Below, in pieces: positions 31,673-33,011 of a stretch of 33,011 nt of DNA. The DNA lies in assembly GCA_964398265.1 (NCBI GenBank), contig CAYNLX010000002.1, forward strand, positions 1-33,011, read 5' to 3'. This DNA is from an uncultured Muribaculaceae bacterium (GTDB lineage Bacteria > Bacillota_I > Bacilli_A > RF39 > UBA660). The notes under the pieces were generated by a model. That model made no database searches. It saw only the letters and a program-made list of their open reading frames with translations, and was not told where the DNA came from. Positions within the stretch are counted from its first letter, which is position 1. Every line of letters starts with the position of its first letter. Made by a program: the position numbers and the translations under genes.

Positions 31673-32964
31673 TAAAATTTAACATCCCATTTAGATATTT
31701 TAATTACTTCTTTATTTAGAATATTTAATTGTTTTTCTGCTAGCATATTTTTATTAATTATTATTCTATAAACATATTTATTAATCCAATCATCAGTTGC
31801 AATATAATAACCATTATTGCCACATTTACTACCCCAGCTGTTTTCTATTTTCCATTTAGATACTTTATTTTCTATAATATCAGCTCCAGTTATCAACATA
31901 CAATGACAATTAGTGGTACCATTCGTTTTTAAAATAGAATTGTTATCTAATTTTAAATCTATACCAAATAGTTCTCCATATCTTTCCATTGTATCAATCC
32001 AAATACCATCTATTCTTTTAGTAGTAGTTGAGCAATAAAAACAAATTGGTTCGTGAGACTTTAATTGTTTTAAAATTAAATTTTTATATTCTTTAAAAGA
32101 AATATTTAAAACTTGGTTATCTTTTTCTCCACTTACCCTTGTACTATCTTCTTGTTCATAAACATTATTATATTTTATAACATCGTCTTGATAAGAAGAT
32201 ATCTCTACATATTGATCTAATAAATTTACTCCTATATATTTATCATAAAATTCTTTTGGAGTTAAATTTCTATCTATATGATATTTTTCTTTTTTATCAG
32301 TATATTCAAAATCTATTTTTTCTGGAGGCATTCCATAAATATTTGATACTATATTAAACGCTTCTTCCATATACTTTGTTTTAATTATTTCTATATTTTC
32401 TGGTTCAGCATCTAATTCTAAATAAAACTTCCTTAACAATCTAGATAATATTAAATTTATTTCATATGTATTAGATGAAGAAAAAGTTTCTGGAAAATTA
32501 TTATTAGGTACAATCCCATATTTATTTATTATAATGGCGAATTGTGTAAAATAGCCTCCATCTGATATTCCTTTTTCTAATAAATAGGATACATTTCTAT
32601 CATATAATCCCCTATTATCATTTTTATATGTTATTAATGTTTCTAATAAGATATTGAATCTTTCAACCTTATCATAAAAAGCAATATAACTTCCAGACAA
32701 TTCAAAACTATTTAAGTTACATTTCTTTATTACTAACTCTCTTAAAATATTTAATCCCGCAAAAGACCAGCAACGGCCTGAAAATTGTTGATCAACAACA
32801 CCGTGAGTTTTAATATTAATACTAAAGTTATATGATAGTTTTGTATCTTTATCCTGAATCAAATCAACCAATTGAACCTTATTTAATATTCTCTGTCTAA
32901 TTTTATTGCTTGAATCATCGCTATATTTCTTTCTTAAATTATTAATTTCTTCTATTTTTATCAT
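31672..32964 (-). CDS. pepC: Aminopeptidase C (bleomycin hydrolase type cysteine peptidase, family C1B)
   Basis: QQFSGRCWSFAGLN contains the active-site Cys. Other matches are HCMLITG and ENSWG, with the overall length of PepC. I place the start at the ATG at 32964 (MIKIEEINNL), 8 nt after GAGGGAA. The track's ATG at 32997 adds 11 residues and has no RBS. Confidence 0.92.
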   Translation of the reverse strand: MIKIEEINNLRKKYSDDSSNKIRQRILNKVQLVDLIQDKDTKLSYNFSINIKTHGVVDQQFSGRCWSFAGLNILRELVIKKCNLNSFELSGSYIAFYDKVERFNILLETLITYKNDNRGLYDRNVSYLLEKGISDGGYFTQFAIIINKYGIVPNNNFPETFSSSNTYEINLILSRLLRKFYLELDAEPENIEIIKTKYMEEAFNIVSNIYGMPPEKIDFEYTDKKEKYHIDRNLTPKEFYDKYIGVNLLDQYVEISSYQDDVIKYNNVYEQEDSTRVSGEKDNQVLNISFKEYKNLILKQLKSHEPICFYCSTTTKRIDGIWIDTMERYGELFGIDLKLDNNSILKTNGTTNCHCMLITGADIIENKVSKWKIENSWGSKCGNNGYYIATDDWINKYVYRIIINKNMLAEKQLNILNKEVIKISKWDVKF

Positions 32965-33011
32965 AAATTCTATTCCCTCATTGAAAAATATTATCATAAA
33001 TAAATAAAAAA

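Noticed and set aside
1-33011. Mobile elements, prophage, defence systems, tRNA or rRNA genes
   Set aside because: No transposase, integrase or recombinase-like translation is present. I saw no nuclease, helicase or NTPase architectures typical of defence systems, no long inverted terminal repeats and no tRNA-like GC-rich islands while reading both strands. The window looks like chromosomal housekeeping flanks around cell-envelope loci.

Overview
This is a very AT-rich chromosomal segment whose gene content fits a low-GC Gram-positive (Bacillota-like): cdaA, a DUF3048 protein, CapE/F/G, a TagGH-like exporter and pepC. All calls come from reading the supplied translations and the DNA by eye. 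No searches or computations were run, so family names are motif-level recognitions. Layout: (1) Left flank, minus strand: the 5' end of cdaA (1-241, absent from the ORF track), a small membrane protein and a DUF3048 protein. (2) A plus-strand trio with no recognisable function (1818-6634): a TPR protein, a membrane protein with an acidic tail, and a 697-aa cysteine-paired repeat surface protein partly encoded by near-identical 81-bp tandem repeats. (3) A glycopolymer locus of about 23 kb (6676-29984). It comprises 17 tightly coupled minus-strand genes and a divergent 4-gene plus-strand unit. Contents are the UDP-L-FucNAc pathway (CapE/F/G = FnlA/B/C), an ABC-2 exporter, a KdsB-type CMP-ulosonic-acid synthetase next to a transferase with sialyltransferase motifs, about a dozen glycosyltransferases, a GacI/GacJ/GacL-like undecaprenyl-phosphate-sugar decoration module, a second GT-C paralog, a MOP flippase and a NahK-like kinase. 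No initiating phosphoglycosyltransferase, LCP ligase, rml, Wzy/Wzz or TagF-type genes are in the window. (4) Right flank: a BclA-like mini-collagen protein translationally coupled to a GT2-TPR glycosyltransferase, then pepC. I found no tRNA or rRNA genes, CRISPR arrays, transposases, integrases or recognisable defence genes. The most unusual content is the combination of modules in the glycan locus, especially the ulosonic-acid pair next to the ABC exporter and the duplicated GT-C proteins. The cysteine-repeat surface protein and the collagen-like protein with its glycosyltransferase are the next most interesting.
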